A stretch of DNA of 64,000 nucleotides, taken from positions 160,001 through 224,000 of the forward strand of contig CAVYKI010000012.1 of the NCBI GenBank assembly GCA_963769025.1, written 5' to 3'. Under the pieces are notes generated by a model. That model saw only the letters and a list, made by a program, of their open reading frames with translations, did not search any database and had not been told where the DNA came from. This document shows, in pieces, positions 1-14,025 of the stretch (its first letter is position 1; every line of letters begins with the position of its first letter). The stretch is from an uncultured Verrucomicrobiae bacterium (lineage in GTDB: Bacteria; Verrucomicrobiota; Verrucomicrobiia; Chthoniobacterales; Chthoniobacteraceae). A program made the position numbers and the translations under genes.

Positions 1-989
1 CTGTGGAGTTCGATGCCGGACGACGCCCTCTTCGCCGCGGCCAAAGGCGGCACCCTGAACGGCGAGGGTCTGAAGAAGGAGGTGGACCGGCTGCTGACGG
101 ACAGCCGGATCAACCGCTTCATCGACGACTTCTCGCGGCAGTGGCTGCAACTGCACCGCGTGGGCATGTTCCCGCCGGACAAGAAGCTCTACCCGAGCTA
201 CGACGCGTGGCTCGAGACGAGCATGCGGGCCGAGCCGGTGGAGTTTTTCCGCGAGATGTTCGCGAAGAACCTGCCCATCGACGGCTTCATCGATTCCGAC
301 TGGACCATGGCCAATGCCCGGCTCTGCGATTTCTACGGACTGCCGGAGCCGAAGACGGGCGGCTTCCAGCGCGTCTCGCTCAAGCCCGAGGATCATCGCG
401 GCGGTCTGCTGACGATGGGCGCGGCGCTCGGGCTGACCTCGGACGGCACGCGCCATCGCCCGGTGCATCGCGGCGTCTGGCTCAGCGAAGTGATCTTCGG
501 CAAGACGCCCCCGCCGCCGCCGGCGAACGTGCCCGCCATCGAACCCAACCCGCCGGAAAGCCCCAAGGCCACCCTCCGCCAGAAAATCGAGGCGCACCGC
601 AACAACGCGAACTGCGCCGCCTGCCACGCGAAGATCGACCCGCTCGGACTCGCCTGGGACAACTACGATGCCATCGGCCAATGGCGCACCCGCGAGAAGG
701 TCGCCGACGGGAGTCGGCGAGGATCCCGTTGGTCAATCCCTCCGGCGTGATGCCCGACGGCCGCCCGTTCAAGGATTCCGTCGAATTCAAACGCCTGCTG
801 CTCGAGGACCGCGACAAGTTCGCGCGCGCCTTCATCGAGCATCTCTGCACCTACGCCCTCCGCCGCGTGCTCACCGTCGACGACCAGGACGACATCAAGG
901 CCATCGCGGCCGAAGCGAAGAAAAACGAATACGGGGTCAAGGACATCGTCCGCGCCGTGGCCCTGTCCGACCTCATGCGCAAACGCTGA
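1..989 (+). CDS. DUF1592/DUF1588/DUF1585 (PVC cytochrome-c-like) protein, 5'-partial, one apparent frameshift near 720
   Basis: [29 protein letters not shown] heme motif and IDPLG in one frame; C-terminal [12 protein letters not shown]...DIVRAVALS in another frame. Confidence 0.85.
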   Translation, partial: VEFDAGRRPLRRGQRRHPERRGSEEGGGPAADGQPDQPLHRRLLAAVAATAPRGHVPAGQEALPELRRVARDEHAGRAGGVFPRDVREEPAHRRLHRFRLDHGQCPALRFLRTAGAEDGRLPARLAQARGSSRRSADDGRGARADLGRHAPSPGASRRLAQRSDLRQDAPAAAGERARHRTQPAGKPQGHPPPENRGAPQQRELRRLPREDRPARTRLGQLRCHRPMAHPREGRRRESARIPLVNPSGVMPDGRPFKDSVEFKRLLLEDRDKFARAFIEHLCTYALRRVLTVDDQDDIKAIAAEAKKNEYGVKDIVRAVALSDLMRKR

Positions 990-1018
990 CAAGCCCACCA
1001 ATCCACCAACTCCATCCT

Positions 1019-2399
1019 ATGAGCAACTACCTTTCCCAATCCTGGCTGATCGACCGCCGTCATGCCCTCCGTGCGCTTGGGCACGTTGCATCTCGCTGCC
1101 GTTGCTGGAATGCATGGTCCCGCTCCGGGCGGCGGAGGCAGCAAACCGCCACGCCGCGGCGCAGCGCCTTCATCTACCTCGCGAACGGCGTCCATTCGCT
1201 GAACTACCAGATCACCACGCCGGGCAAGGACTACCAGTTCTCCCGGTCGCTCAAGCCGCTGGAGAAGCACCGCGAGGTGATCACGCCGATCAGCGGTCTG
1301 CATCACCCGGGAAGCCTCAGCCATCACCACAACTGCATCACCGTCTGGCTGACCGGCGGAAAGCTCGGCCCTTCGGATCGCAACACCATCTCGGTGGACC
1401 AGAAGATGGCCGAGATCACCGCGCAGCACACCCGCTACCCGTCGCTGGAGGTCGCCCTCACGCAGGAGTCCCTCGCCTGGACCGCCGACGGGGTCCGGCT
1501 GCCCGCGATGCGTCGTTGCAGCGAGATCTTCGCGTCGATGTTCGAGGAACCGAAAGGCGGCACCGCGGCCCAGCGGCGGGCCTTGCGCCGCAAAGGCAGC
1601 GTCCTCGACGCCAACCTCGCCGAAGTGCGCCGGCTCGAGCAGAAAATGGGCATCCGCGGACAAAGGACGCATGGATCAATACCTCACCTCCGTTCGCGAG
1701 GCGGAGATCCGCACGCGGCGGGCCGATGCGTGGCTCGATACGCCGCTGCCCGCCGTCTCCGACGCCGATCGCAAACGCACCAACCGCGACATCGCCGACA
1801 CCATGGCGGGCGATTATTTCCGCACGGTCTATGACCTGATGGTGCTCGCGTTTCAGACGGATGTGACGCGCGTGGCCACCTTCAGCCTGGGCGGCGAGGG
1901 CGAGGCCATTCGCCATTCCCGAGATCGGCATCACCGAGTCGCGCCATCAGCTCAGCCACCACGGCGGCGATCCGGGCTACATGGAAAAGCTCACCAACTA
2001 CGACACCTTCGCCATCGAGCAGTTCAGCTACTTCCTCACCCGGCTCGCGGAGACGAAGGACCTCAACGGCAAGCCGCTCCTCGGCTCGACGATGGCGCTC
2101 TTCGGCAGCGGCATGTCCTACGGCCACAGCCACGGCAACGCCAACCTCCCGCTGGTGCTCGCCGGCGGCTCGGACCTCGGCCTGAAGCACGGCAGCATCT
2201 CGATTTCAACAAGAGGCCACAAGATTTCCAAGGCTACGCGCTCGGCGCGGACGGAGCGCTCACCACCGCGCATTACCAGCTCTGCAGCCGCCCCGCGAAC
2301 ACCGACGCCCACATGAGCAACCTGCTCCTCCTGATGGCCCAGCGCATGGGCGTGGAGACCGACAAGTTTGGCGACAGCAACAAGGTGATCGCACTGTAA
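1019..2399 (+). CDS. DUF1552 domain protein, several apparent frameshifts
   Basis: Tat-like IDRRHALR N-terminus, [51 protein letters not shown] spread over three frames; follows the DUF1592 gene as is usual. Confidence 0.85.
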
Positions 2400-3715
2400 T
2401 GAAGCGGTTCTTAGTTCCTCGTTCTTGGTTCTTGGTTTGTTCCTGCTCGGTCGCGCTTGTTGGTTCGTTGGTCGTTCAAGCGACCGCTGCCAACGAAGAA
2501 CCAAGAACAAAGAACCAGGAACGAAGCCTTTCCGCCCCGAGGCGGGGAAGTTTCCCCCTCTGGAAAAGGCGCACTCCTACCGGGGCGAACTCGTGTTCGT
2601 GGATCATGCCAACCGCCGCGGCAGCATCCGCGTGCAAGCGGCGGGCACGTTTTTCCGCAACGCCCCGCATCCCTTCGCCATGCTCCCCTACGGCATCGTC
2701 CGCTATCACGGCGCACCGGCGGATCTCCGGGACATCCCGCTCGGCACCGTGCTGCACGTCCGGGCCTTTCTCCCGCCGGACCCGAAGATCTCCGCCGTGC
2801 CGGTGTTGCCGGTCAACAACAAGGAGAAGATCGCGGGCTACAGCGGCACCGGCGTCGCACCCGCCGAGAACCACGTCCTCCTCCTCGAAGACGAGCCCAG
2901 CCACTGCCTGCGCGAGGGCAAGGTCTGGAAGCTGAAGGAAGTGGACCTCAAGAACAACGAGGGGATGATCGTCGCCAGCCGCGAACCGAAGGCCGGCGGA
3001 GACGGCAAGGCCAGCGAGGAAAAGCTGACCTTCGACGCCGCCACCCGCATCTGGCGCGGCCGCGAATGCCTCGGCGATCGCCGACTTGATCGCCGAGGGC
3101 ACCTGGCCCGCCGAGCGGGAAGAAATCGCTCGACGGCCAGGCCGTCCTGCTCGGCATCACCTGGAAGCCCACGCCGGATGGCGTGTTCACCCGCTTCCAC
3201 ATCTCGGACATCTGGCTGGATGACACCGCCACGCAACGCGCCGCGCAGATTCAAACCGAGACGCACAAGGCCTTCATCCGCAGCCGCTGGATGCCCGCCT
3301 GGGTCGATGCCGTCGAGTATGGCAAGTTCGGCCGCGCCACCGTGACCGCGACCTTGTTCGGCGGCATGGACGCCTCCCTCTACGCCGATTTCCAGAAAGG
3401 CAGCCAGGTGCTCGATGAATGCGGCCGAGAACACCTTGAAGCACGCCGGCGGCGCCTACGGCCCCGCGCACATGGCCTCCAAAGGCCCCATCCTCGACGT
3501 CACGAAGGCGTCCGGAGATGTCCCTCTGGGCAGCAGCGGCATCCAAATCCGCTTTGAGACGGACCTCATCATCGAAGGCATCCGCCCCACGCAGAGTCGT
3601 CCGCGTCCGCCCCGCGAACTGGCCCCAGGTGCAAGTGCCCCGGGAGGAATACCTGAACGACGGCTCCAACCCCGAAGACCGCTTCCCGACCCCGGCCATC
3701 TTTCCCAAATACTGA
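2399..3715 (+). CDS. Uncharacterised secreted protein, copy 1 (frameshifted paralog of 9761..11017)
   Basis: Pieces [26 protein letters not shown]...[13 protein letters not shown] align with the intact 418-aa ORF; single-base insertions near 2525, 3080, 3115, 3415, 3590. Confidence 0.85.
2407..2527. repeat. Inverted heptamer arrays (GGTTCTT-like / AAGAACC-like) inside signal-peptide coding region
   Basis: gttcttagttcctcgttcttggttcttggtt versus aacgaagaaccaagaacaaagaaccaggaacgaag. Confidence 0.75.
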
Positions 3716-4007
3716 TGCCTCCTCGTTCTTCGTTTTTTGTTGCCCAGCGAGACGCCGAGAACCGAAGCCGTCATCCGCGCCATCGGGAGCGCACCCGGCA
3801 AGTTCGAGAAGATCAACATCACCACCGAGGCGCTAAAGACGGCGAGAGGCGGTGAACGTCCCGCGCGCCAAGAATCGCGGATGGTTTGTCGAGGTTTGAG
3901 GTGCAATGCGCGTAAACTTCTGCATGCGATTGGAGGCGCGTTTTCGGGTGTGCTTGCTTGGAAAATCAAACTGACAGAGTCACGTTTTCTCCTGCGTTTT
4001 TTGAGTC

Positions 4008-4040
4008 CCTCATCTTCTCCTCATGTTGTGCGAAGATAAT
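4008..4040 (+). promoter_or_regulatory. Candidate OmpR-family direct-repeat box plus -10-like hexamer
   Basis: cctcatcttct cctcatgttgt (11-nt period) followed by gataat, upstream of the response regulator. Confidence 0.35.
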
Positions 4041-4069
4041 GTGGTCGAGCGTTTCACTCTGCTCCCACC

Positions 4070-4750
4070 ATGCGTGTCCTTTTAGTCGAAGATTCCATTC
4101 ACCTGCGCCAGCCGGTGGCCAAGGCGCTTAAGGCGTCGGGGTTTGCCGTCGATGCGACTGGCGACGGCGCGGAGGGCTGGCAGATGGCGCAGGATCATGA
4201 CTACGACGTGATCGTCCTCGACATCATGCTGCCGGGAATGGATGGCCGCGAAGTGCTCAAGCGGCTGCGGGCGTCGGGGAAGGAAACGCCGGTGCTTTTT
4301 CTCACGGCGAAGGATGCCATTGAAGATCGCGTGGCCGGATTGCGGTGGGGCGCGGACGATTATCTTGTGAAGTCGTTCGCCATCGAGGAACTGATCGCGC
4401 GGGTGGAAGCGCTGGGGCGGCGGAAGTATGCGCAGCGGTCGCCGAAGCTGGCGGTGGCGGATTTGGAGCTGGACCAGAGTGCGAAGACGGTGCGACGCGG
4501 CGGATGCGACGTGGAACTCGCGCCCCAGTTGTTCGCGCTTCTCGAGTATTTGCTGCTGCGCAAAGGGCAGGTCGTCTCGCGCACGGAGATCGAGGAGCAC
4601 ATTTACGACGAGCAAGTTTCGCCGATGAGCAACGTCGTGGACACCGCGGTATGCGCGCTGCGCCGCGCGATCGCGGTGTCGAATGATAGCGTTCCGCTCA
4701 TTCATACGCGGCGAGGAATGGGCTACGTCATCGAGGAACCGCCGCGGTGA
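4070..4750 (+). CDS. OmpR/PhoB-family response regulator
   Basis: MRVLLVED, LDIMLP, FLTAKD, GADDYLVK receiver domain and winged-helix IHTRRGMGY. Confidence 0.95.
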   Translation: MRVLLVEDSIHLRQPVAKALKASGFAVDATGDGAEGWQMAQDHDYDVIVLDIMLPGMDGREVLKRLRASGKETPVLFLTAKDAIEDRVAGLRWGADDYLVKSFAIEELIARVEALGRRKYAQRSPKLAVADLELDQSAKTVRRGGCDVELAPQLFALLEYLLLRKGQVVSRTEIEEHIYDEQVSPMSNVVDTAVCALRRAIAVSNDSVPLIHTRRGMGYVIEEPPR

Positions 4751-5189
4751 GAAGCATCCGCACGCAACTGCTCGCGTGGCTGCTCCCTGGCTTCGCCGTC
4801 GTCTGCGTGGCCGCGGGCGTGGGCGTTTATTTTTCGGAGCGGCAGGCGTTCGAGGCGGATCTCGATGCGCGGCTCGGCAAACTCGCCGGTCTCGCGCGGC
4901 TGGCCTTGCGCGCGCAGAGGACCAGTGGTGCGGAGACGACACGCGGACCGACGGTGAGAGTGTTCAGCACGCGCGAGGAGTTCAAAACGCCGGGGCAGTA
5001 TTTCGAGCAATGGACCGCCGCCGGAGCGGTGGAGCGAAAGTCGCCAAATCTCGGGAGTATCGATTTGCCGCGTCCGGCAGAGTTCCCGCGCGACGAACTG
5101 CGCTACAACGGCACCTTGGACAATGGCGATAGGGTTCGGGTGAGCGCCGTGCGGATTCCTCAGATCGGCTCGGCTCGGCCCGCGGATTT

Positions 5190-5190
<1 letters not shown>
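4747..5190 (+). pseudogene. N-terminal fragment (TM1 plus periplasmic part) of a sensor histidine kinase; no TM2/HAMP/HisKA/HATPase follows
   Basis: GTGA overlap with the regulator; MRSIRTQLLAWLL-TM-DLDARL N-terminus typical of QseC/CusS-like sensors; sequence switches to EF-hand/PSD1 at about 5190. Confidence 0.7.
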
Positions 5191-8004
<2,814 letters not shown>

Positions 8005-8023
8005 CCGCCTGCTTCCCCACCAC

Positions 8024-9460
8024 ATGACAACGCCATTTTCTCCTGATCCCCGCTCGCCGTTTTTCTCCCGCCGCGAGATGCTGAAAACACTCTCCAGCGG
8101 CTTCGGCTACCTCGCCTTCGCGGGCCTCGCCACGCGCGCTGCCGAGCGCCAGCGCCGCGAGGGACCGCTCGCGCCGAAAGCAGCCGCACTTCGCGCCGCG
8201 GGCGAAGCGCGTCATCTTCCTCTGCATGCGCGGCGGGCCGTCGCACGTCGATACCTTCGATTACAAGCCCAAGCTCACGGCCGACACCGGCGCGCCGGCG
8301 ACACGTCCCGGCACCAAGCTGCTCGGCTCGAAATGGAAGTTTGCGCAGCACGGACAGAGCGGACTCTGGATTTCCGAGCTCTTCCCGAATGTCGCGAAGC
8401 CATGCCGACGAGCTCTGCCTGCTGCGCTCGATGCAGACCGACCTGCCCGCGCATCCGCAGGCCTTCCTGCAAATGCACACCGGCTCGTTTCAGTTCGTCC
8501 GGCCGTCACTCGGCGCCTGGACGCTCTACGGCCTCGGCAGCGAAAACGAAAACCTCCCCGGCTTCGTCACGCTGACTCCGCCAGCAGCCTCCGGCGGTGC
8601 GCAGAACTACGGCTCGTCGTTTCTCCCCGCGATCTATCAGGGCACGCGCATCGGCGCCGATAATCGACCCATCGCCGGCGCCGAAATCCGCAACCTCCAC
8701 TCGCCGCTCCGCCCGCGAGGTTCAGCGCGCCGAACTCGATCTGGTGCAGACGCTGAACCGCGAGACGCTGCGGCGCGACGGCTCGAATCCCGACGTCGAG
8801 GGCGTGATCGAGAGCTACGAACTCGCCTTCCGAATGCAGAAGGAAATGCCGCAGGTGATGGACCTCTCGCGGCGAGAGCGAGGCGACGAAAAAGCTGTAT
8901 GGCATCGCCGACTCGCCAAGCGGCGATGGGCGTGGGCAAGGCGCAGCGGCGGAGCACCGACGACTTCGGGCGCAAATGTCTGCTGGCGCGGCGCCTCGTC
9001 GAGGCCGGCGTGCGCTTTGTGGAAATCTCGCACGGAGACTGGGACCAGCACTTCAATCTCACCACTGCGCTCGGAGCCAACTGCCGCTCCGTCGATCAGC
9101 CGATCGCCGGCGCTGCTCACCGATCTCAAGCAGCGCGGCCTGCTCAAGGACACGCTCGTGATCTGGGGCGGCGAATTTGGCCGCACCCCGCACGCGCAGG
9201 GCAACGACGGACGCGACCACAACAACAAAGCCTTCACGATGTGGATGGCCGGCGGCGGCGTGAAAGGCGGCTTCGCCCACGGTCTGACCGACGATTACGG
9301 CTACGAAGCCGTCGAGGACAAAGTCCACGTCCACGACCTCCACGCCACGATCCTGCACCTGCTGGGCCTCGACCACGAGCGCCTCACCTACCGCTACGCC
9401 GGCCGCGACTTCCGGCTCACGGATGTGAAGGGGAATGTGGTGAAGGAGATCATGGCGTAG
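8024..9460 (+). CDS. DUF1501 domain protein (Tat substrate), several frameshifts
   Basis: [62 protein letters not shown]. Confidence 0.9.
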
Positions 9461-9492
9461 TCGGGGCGATGCAATTTCGAAGGGGCGGGAGG

Positions 9493-9636
9493 ATGCTGCC
9501 GCGTGTCTCCGGCACGTCGAACAACTCGAACTGCGTCTCCACGATCAGCCTCTCCGTAAGCGGTCCGCCGACGCAGGCAGAGATGCAGCAGATGCAAGCG
9601 AAGCTCAACGAGCTGATCGCGGCGCTGCGGCGGTAG
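9493..9636 (+). CDS. Small ORF or remnant ending in PPTQAEMQQMQAKLNELIAALRR
   Basis: Coding-like codon use; amphipathic C-terminal helix resembling a small-protein/fibre-like motif; probably 5'-truncated. Confidence 0.4.
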   Translation: MLPRVSGTSNNSNCVSTISLSVSGPPTQAEMQQMQAKLNELIAALRR

Positions 9637-9710
9637 TCGGCAGTAATCAGGAAGGCGCCGCGCGTTCGGAATGTGCAGGACTGATCACTGATGGCTGATC
9701 ACTGCTTACT
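9635..9710. repeat. Intergenic inverted heptamer array (CTGATCA-like)
   Basis: agtcggcagtaatcag ... ctgatca ctgatgg ctgatca ctgctta ct. Confidence 0.65.
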
Positions 9711-9760
9711 CGCCTTCCAAGCGCGCCGAACTAAGAAACTGGGAAACAAGCACCAATGAC

Positions 9761-11017
9761 ATGAACCCCGCCGCCCCCCTGCTCACCGCTCTCTTGTGCG
9801 TGCTCACCACCGCCGCACCTGCCGCCGACGAGCCGTTCCGTCCCGAGGCGGGGAAGTTTCCCCCTTTGGAAAAAGCGCACTCCTATCGGGGCGAACTCGT
9901 GTTCGTGGATCATGCGAACCGCCGCGGCAGCCTCCGCGTGCAAGGAGAGGGCGTGTTTCGCCGGAACGATCCGCACCCTTTCGCCATGCTCCCCTACGGC
10001 ATCGTTCGCTATCACGGCGCACCGGCGGATCTGCGGGACATCCCGCTCGGCACCGTGCTGCACGTCCGGGCCTTCCTCCCGCCGGACCCGAAGATCTCCG
10101 CCGTGCCGGTGCTGCCGGTCAACAACAAGGAGAAAGGCGCAAGCTATGGTGCTGCCGGGACTGCACCGGCCGAGAACCACGTGCTCCTCCTCGAAGACGA
10201 GCCCAGCCACTGCCAGCGCGAGGGCTTGGTCTGGAAGCTGAAGGAAGTGGAACTCAAGAACAACGAGGGGATGATCGTCGCCAGCCGCGAACCGAAGGCT
10301 GGCGCAGACAGCAACGACAGCCACGAAATGCTGACCTTCGACGCCGCCACCCGCATCTGGCGCGGTCGCGAATGCCTCGCGCCCGCCGACTTGATCGCCG
10401 AGGGCATCTGGCCCGCCAGCGGCAAGAAATCGCTCGGCGGCCAGTCCGTCCTGCTCGGGATCACCTGGAAGCCCACGCCCGGCGGAGTTTTCACCCGCTT
10501 CCACATCTCGGACATCTGGCTGGACGACGCCGCGATGCAACGCGCCGCCCATCACCAGACCGAGACGCACAAGGCTTTCATCCGCAGCCGCTGGATGCCC
10601 GCGTGGGTGGATGCCGTCGAGTATGGCAAGTTCGGCCGCGCGACCGTGACCGCGACCCTGTTCGGCGGCATGGACGCCTCCCTCTACGCCGATTTCAAGA
10701 AGGGCATCCCGGCGCTGATGAATGGGGTCGAGAACACCTTGAAGCATACCGAAGGGGGCACCGCCGGACCCGCGCAAATGGCCGCACGAGGCTCCATCCT
10801 CGACGTCACGAAGACGCCCGGAGACGCCCCTCTGGGCAGCAGCGGCATCCAGATCCGTTTTGAGACGGACCTCATCACCGAAGGCATCCGCCCGACCCGA
10901 GTCGTCCGCATCCGGCCCGCGGCCTGGCCCGATGTCCACATGCCGCGGGAGGAATACCTCAACAGCGGAAGCTTCGAAGACCGCTTCCCGACGCCTGCCA
11001 TTTTTCCCAAGTACTGA
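9761..11017 (+). CDS. Uncharacterised secreted protein, copy 2 (intact, 418 aa)
   Basis: Signal peptide [22 protein letters not shown]; uninterrupted ORF; near-identical to 2399..3715. Confidence 0.9.
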   Translation: MNPAAPLLTALLCVLTTAAPAADEPFRPEAGKFPPLEKAHSYRGELVFVDHANRRGSLRVQGEGVFRRNDPHPFAMLPYGIVRYHGAPADLRDIPLGTVLHVRAFLPPDPKISAVPVLPVNNKEKGASYGAAGTAPAENHVLLLEDEPSHCQREGLVWKLKEVELKNNEGMIVASREPKAGADSNDSHEMLTFDAATRIWRGRECLAPADLIAEGIWPASGKKSLGGQSVLLGITWKPTPGGVFTRFHISDIWLDDAAMQRAAHHQTETHKAFIRSRWMPAWVDAVEYGKFGRATVTATLFGGMDASLYADFKKGIPALMNGVENTLKHTEGGTAGPAQMAARGSILDVTKTPGDAPLGSSGIQIRFETDLITEGIRPTRVVRIRPAAWPDVHMPREEYLNSGSFEDRFPTPAIFPKY

Positions 11018-11165
11018 TCCCCCCTTGTTCTTCGTTGCCCAGCGAGATACCGAGAGCGACGCTGGAGCGAATGCGATCAAACCGCCGAAGTGCGTATCGA
11101 TCCGGCCCTACAGTGGCTGTCCGCACCGGGCCATCACGGAAGGCGCGCCGCGGCGCACTCCGTCA

Positions 11166-11199
11166 ACGCGCCGTGGGACTTTTCCCGCGGGACGCGCGT
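11166..11199. terminator. Hairpin between convergent genes
   Basis: ccgtggga-cttt-tcccgcgg stem with acgcg/cgcgt outer arms; no clear U tract. Confidence 0.35.
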
Positions 11200-13949
11200 C
11201 AATTCAGGTAGCGGAAATCCGAGGTCGCGAACAGCGCGCGGCAGAAACTTGTCCACGCGGCCTTCACGTCCTCGGCGTTCTTCATGCCTGGCGATGCCTT
11301 GTCACCCTTGCTCCAGTTGCTCGGGAATTTCTGGAAGAAATTCCACGCGGCGGTGCGCTCGTTCTGCGTCGGCGAACGGCCTAGTGCGATCCAATACGCG
11401 AGTGCCACGCGCTGATCGAGGTTCGCGCCCACGCCGCCATTCGGGCCGGCGGGATACGCCGACATCACGCGCTCCGCGAGCTTCCGCGAGGCGGCTGCGA
11501 CCATGTCGCCATTCAGGAGGAAGAGCGCCTGCGCGGGGACATTCGTCGTGTCGCGCGCGCCGGTGACGAGGCTCGCGTCGCTGAAGTCGAAGACCGCGAG
11601 CGCATCCGGCGGCACATCGCGAGCGATGGGCAGATAGACGCTGCGGACCATCGTCGTGGCGCCGCTGTTGATGAGCATGTCCTCCGAGGCTCCGCCTCGG
11701 CGGAATCCCGGCCCGCCGATGGGACCGTCGCCGGCCTGCGAGAGCAGCGAACCCATCGGCGGGGAAAGCTGAATCTGCTGGCTCGCGGAGAGCATCGCGT
11801 CGCGGATGCATTCCGCGTCGAGCCGGCGCTTGCTCATGCGCCATTGCATCGCGTTCTCCGGATCCGCGGCGAACGCGGCGGGCTCGTAGTCGGAGGAAAG
11901 CTGGTACGCGTGGCTCATCACGATGTCCCTCGCGAGCTTCTTCACGCTCCAGCCGTAGCCGCCGGCGGAGGCGGGCGTCTGGAATTTCACCGCAAGGTAA
12001 TCGAGCAGCGCCTGGTTGCTCGGCTTCTTCCCGGTCGTCCCAAAATTATCCACGCTCTCCACGATTCCGCGGCCGAAGAGCGTGTGCCAGACGCGGTTCG
12101 TCATCACGCGCGACATGAGCGGATTCGAGGGCGAGGTCATCCACTCCGCGAGTTCGCGGCGTCCGCTCTCGCTTCTCGGAATGGCCGTGGCGGTTCCGGG
12201 CGTGAGCACCGCGGGGAAGCTGCGCGGCACTTTCTCCGTCGGCTTGTCGGCCTCGCCGCGGGCATACAGCGCGCTGTCGGCCACCGAGGCAAATTCCGGC
12301 GGGCGGCCCTGCCGTTGAAACGGACCGCGGCGGAGGAATTCGCCGAAACGTCCCCCACCCGGTCCGCCCTTCGCGGCGGGCAAATCCTTCACGCCCATCG
12401 CGAGCGCCTTCGAGCGGCCGTTCTCGTCGAAACCCTTCAACTGCGTCTCCAGCTGGCCGATCTGCGTGGTCACGATCAGGATGCGCTGGAGCTGATTCCC
12501 GGAGGGCGGAGTGCCGCCGTTCGGTCCGCCGGCCATGCGGGCGGCGAAACCCTCGCGCTGCTCCTTCCGCAAATCCTCGAGCCGCTTTTCGATCTGCGCC
12601 CGTTCCGTCGAAGGAAGCGTCTTGTCCGACACCGGCGCGCCCGCAGGCAGCGTGATCAATTCCGTCGAGCGGCGGTTCTGGATGCCGCTCGCGGTGCCGT
12701 ACAGCGTGTCCGTGCTCAGGAAAATCCCGGCCAGCGCGTAATACTCGCGCTGCGAAATCGGATCGAATTTGTGGTCGTGGCAGCGCGCGCAGGAAATCGT
12801 GAGCCCGAGCATCGCCTGCGAGACGGTGTCCACCTGCTCGTCCGCGAGATCGAGGCAGAATTGCCGCGGGTTCTGCTCGTTCAGCCCCTTCGGGCCGATG
12901 GCGAGGAAGCCGGTCGCAACGAGGCGGTCGGCCTTCTGCGATTCGCTCTCGGCCGGCAGCAGATCGCCGGCGAGTTGTTCGCGGACAAATTGATCGTACG
13001 GCTTGTCCTGATTGAACGCATCGATGACGTAGTCGCGATACCGCCAGGCGTGCGGGAAGGCGATGTTCACGTCCTTGCCGCTGCTCTCCGCGTAGCGCGC
13101 GACGTCGAGCCAGTGGCGGCCCCAGCGCTCGCCGAATTGCGACGAGGCAAGCAGCTTGTCCACCCATTTGCCGAGCACGGCCTGCTGCTGCGCCGCGGCC
13201 GTCTGCGGGTTGGCGCCCGCGGCCTTCCAGTCGTTGAAAAACTGCCCGACATCGATCGGCGACGGCGGGAGGCCGGTGAGATCAAAGTAAATCCGGCGCA
13301 GCAAGGTCGCTGGATCGGCATCGCCGACGGGCTTCAGCTTTTTCTCCTCGAGCGCGGAGAGGAGGAAACGGTCGATGTCCCCGCGCGCCCATGCCGCGTT
13401 CTTCGGCTGCGGCACGGCCTGCGCCTTGGGCGGCTGGAAGGACCACCAGTTTTTCGCGTCCTCCTTGCTGTATTTTTTCACCACGGCCGCCGCGCCCGTG
13501 CGCGGGTCGGGGGCGCCCATTTTCACCCACGTTTCAAAATCCTTGATGACCGCATCGGGCAGCTTGCCGCCGCTCTTTTCCGGCGGCATGGCGAAGTCCT
13601 TGTTCGTATAGCGTATCGCCTCGATCAGGATGCTCTCGTCGAGATTGCCGGGCACGACTGCGGGGCCGCTGTCGCCGCCGCGGAGCGTGCCCTCGCGCGT
13701 GTCGAGCACGAGGCCGCCCTTCACTTTCGCCGCCTTTTCCGAGTGGCATTTGTAGCAGCTCTCAGAAAGCACGGGACGGATCTTCTTCTCGAAAAAATCG
13801 ATCTGCTCCGCGGTCGCCTTCGCTTCCGCAGCGGGCAGGAACGCGGGCTCCTCCGTCTTTGCATTCGCGGGTTTCTGTTCCGAGTCGATGGCCGCCCAGA
13901 GCGCGCCCGTGGCGGCGAGGGAGAGTGAGAGGGCGATGCGCAGTTTCAT
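11199..13949 (-). CDS. Planctomycete cytochrome c + DUF1549 + DUF1553 protein
   Basis: Signal peptide [49 protein letters not shown]; intact ORF. Confidence 0.93.
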   Translation of the reverse strand: MKLRIALSLSLAATGALWAAIDSEQKPANAKTEEPAFLPAAEAKATAEQIDFFEKKIRPVLSESCYKCHSEKAAKVKGGLVLDTREGTLRGGDSGPAVVPGNLDESILIEAIRYTNKDFAMPPEKSGGKLPDAVIKDFETWVKMGAPDPRTGAAAVVKKYSKEDAKNWWSFQPPKAQAVPQPKNAAWARGDIDRFLLSALEEKKLKPVGDADPATLLRRIYFDLTGLPPSPIDVGQFFNDWKAAGANPQTAAAQQQAVLGKWVDKLLASSQFGERWGRHWLDVARYAESSGKDVNIAFPHAWRYRDYVIDAFNQDKPYDQFVREQLAGDLLPAESESQKADRLVATGFLAIGPKGLNEQNPRQFCLDLADEQVDTVSQAMLGLTISCARCHDHKFDPISQREYYALAGIFLSTDTLYGTASGIQNRRSTELITLPAGAPVSDKTLPSTERAQIEKRLEDLRKEQREGFAARMAGGPNGGTPPSGNQLQRILIVTTQIGQLETQLKGFDENGRSKALAMGVKDLPAAKGGPGGGRFGEFLRRGPFQRQGRPPEFASVADSALYARGEADKPTEKVPRSFPAVLTPGTATAIPRSESGRRELAEWMTSPSNPLMSRVMTNRVWHTLFGRGIVESVDNFGTTGKKPSNQALLDYLAVKFQTPASAGGYGWSVKKLARDIVMSHAYQLSSDYEPAAFAADPENAMQWRMSKRRLDAECIRDAMLSASQQIQLSPPMGSLLSQAGDGPIGGPGFRRGGASEDMLINSGATTMVRSVYLPIARDVPPDALAVFDFSDASLVTGARDTTNVPAQALFLLNGDMVAAASRKLAERVMSAYPAGPNGGVGANLDQRVALAYWIALGRSPTQNERTAAWNFFQKFPSNWSKGDKASPGMKNAEDVKAAWTSFCRALFATSDFRYLN

Positions 13950-14025
13950 GACGATGTCGTTCTTGAACCTCTCCAGACGCGACAAGTTGCTCGCAAATTA
14001 CATCCCATTGCAGCACAGCACGCCC

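Noticed and set aside
3737..4039. 100-aa ORF upstream of the response regulator
   Set aside because: Only a short middle part looks coding (possible remnant); the rest overlaps AT-richer promoter-like DNA.
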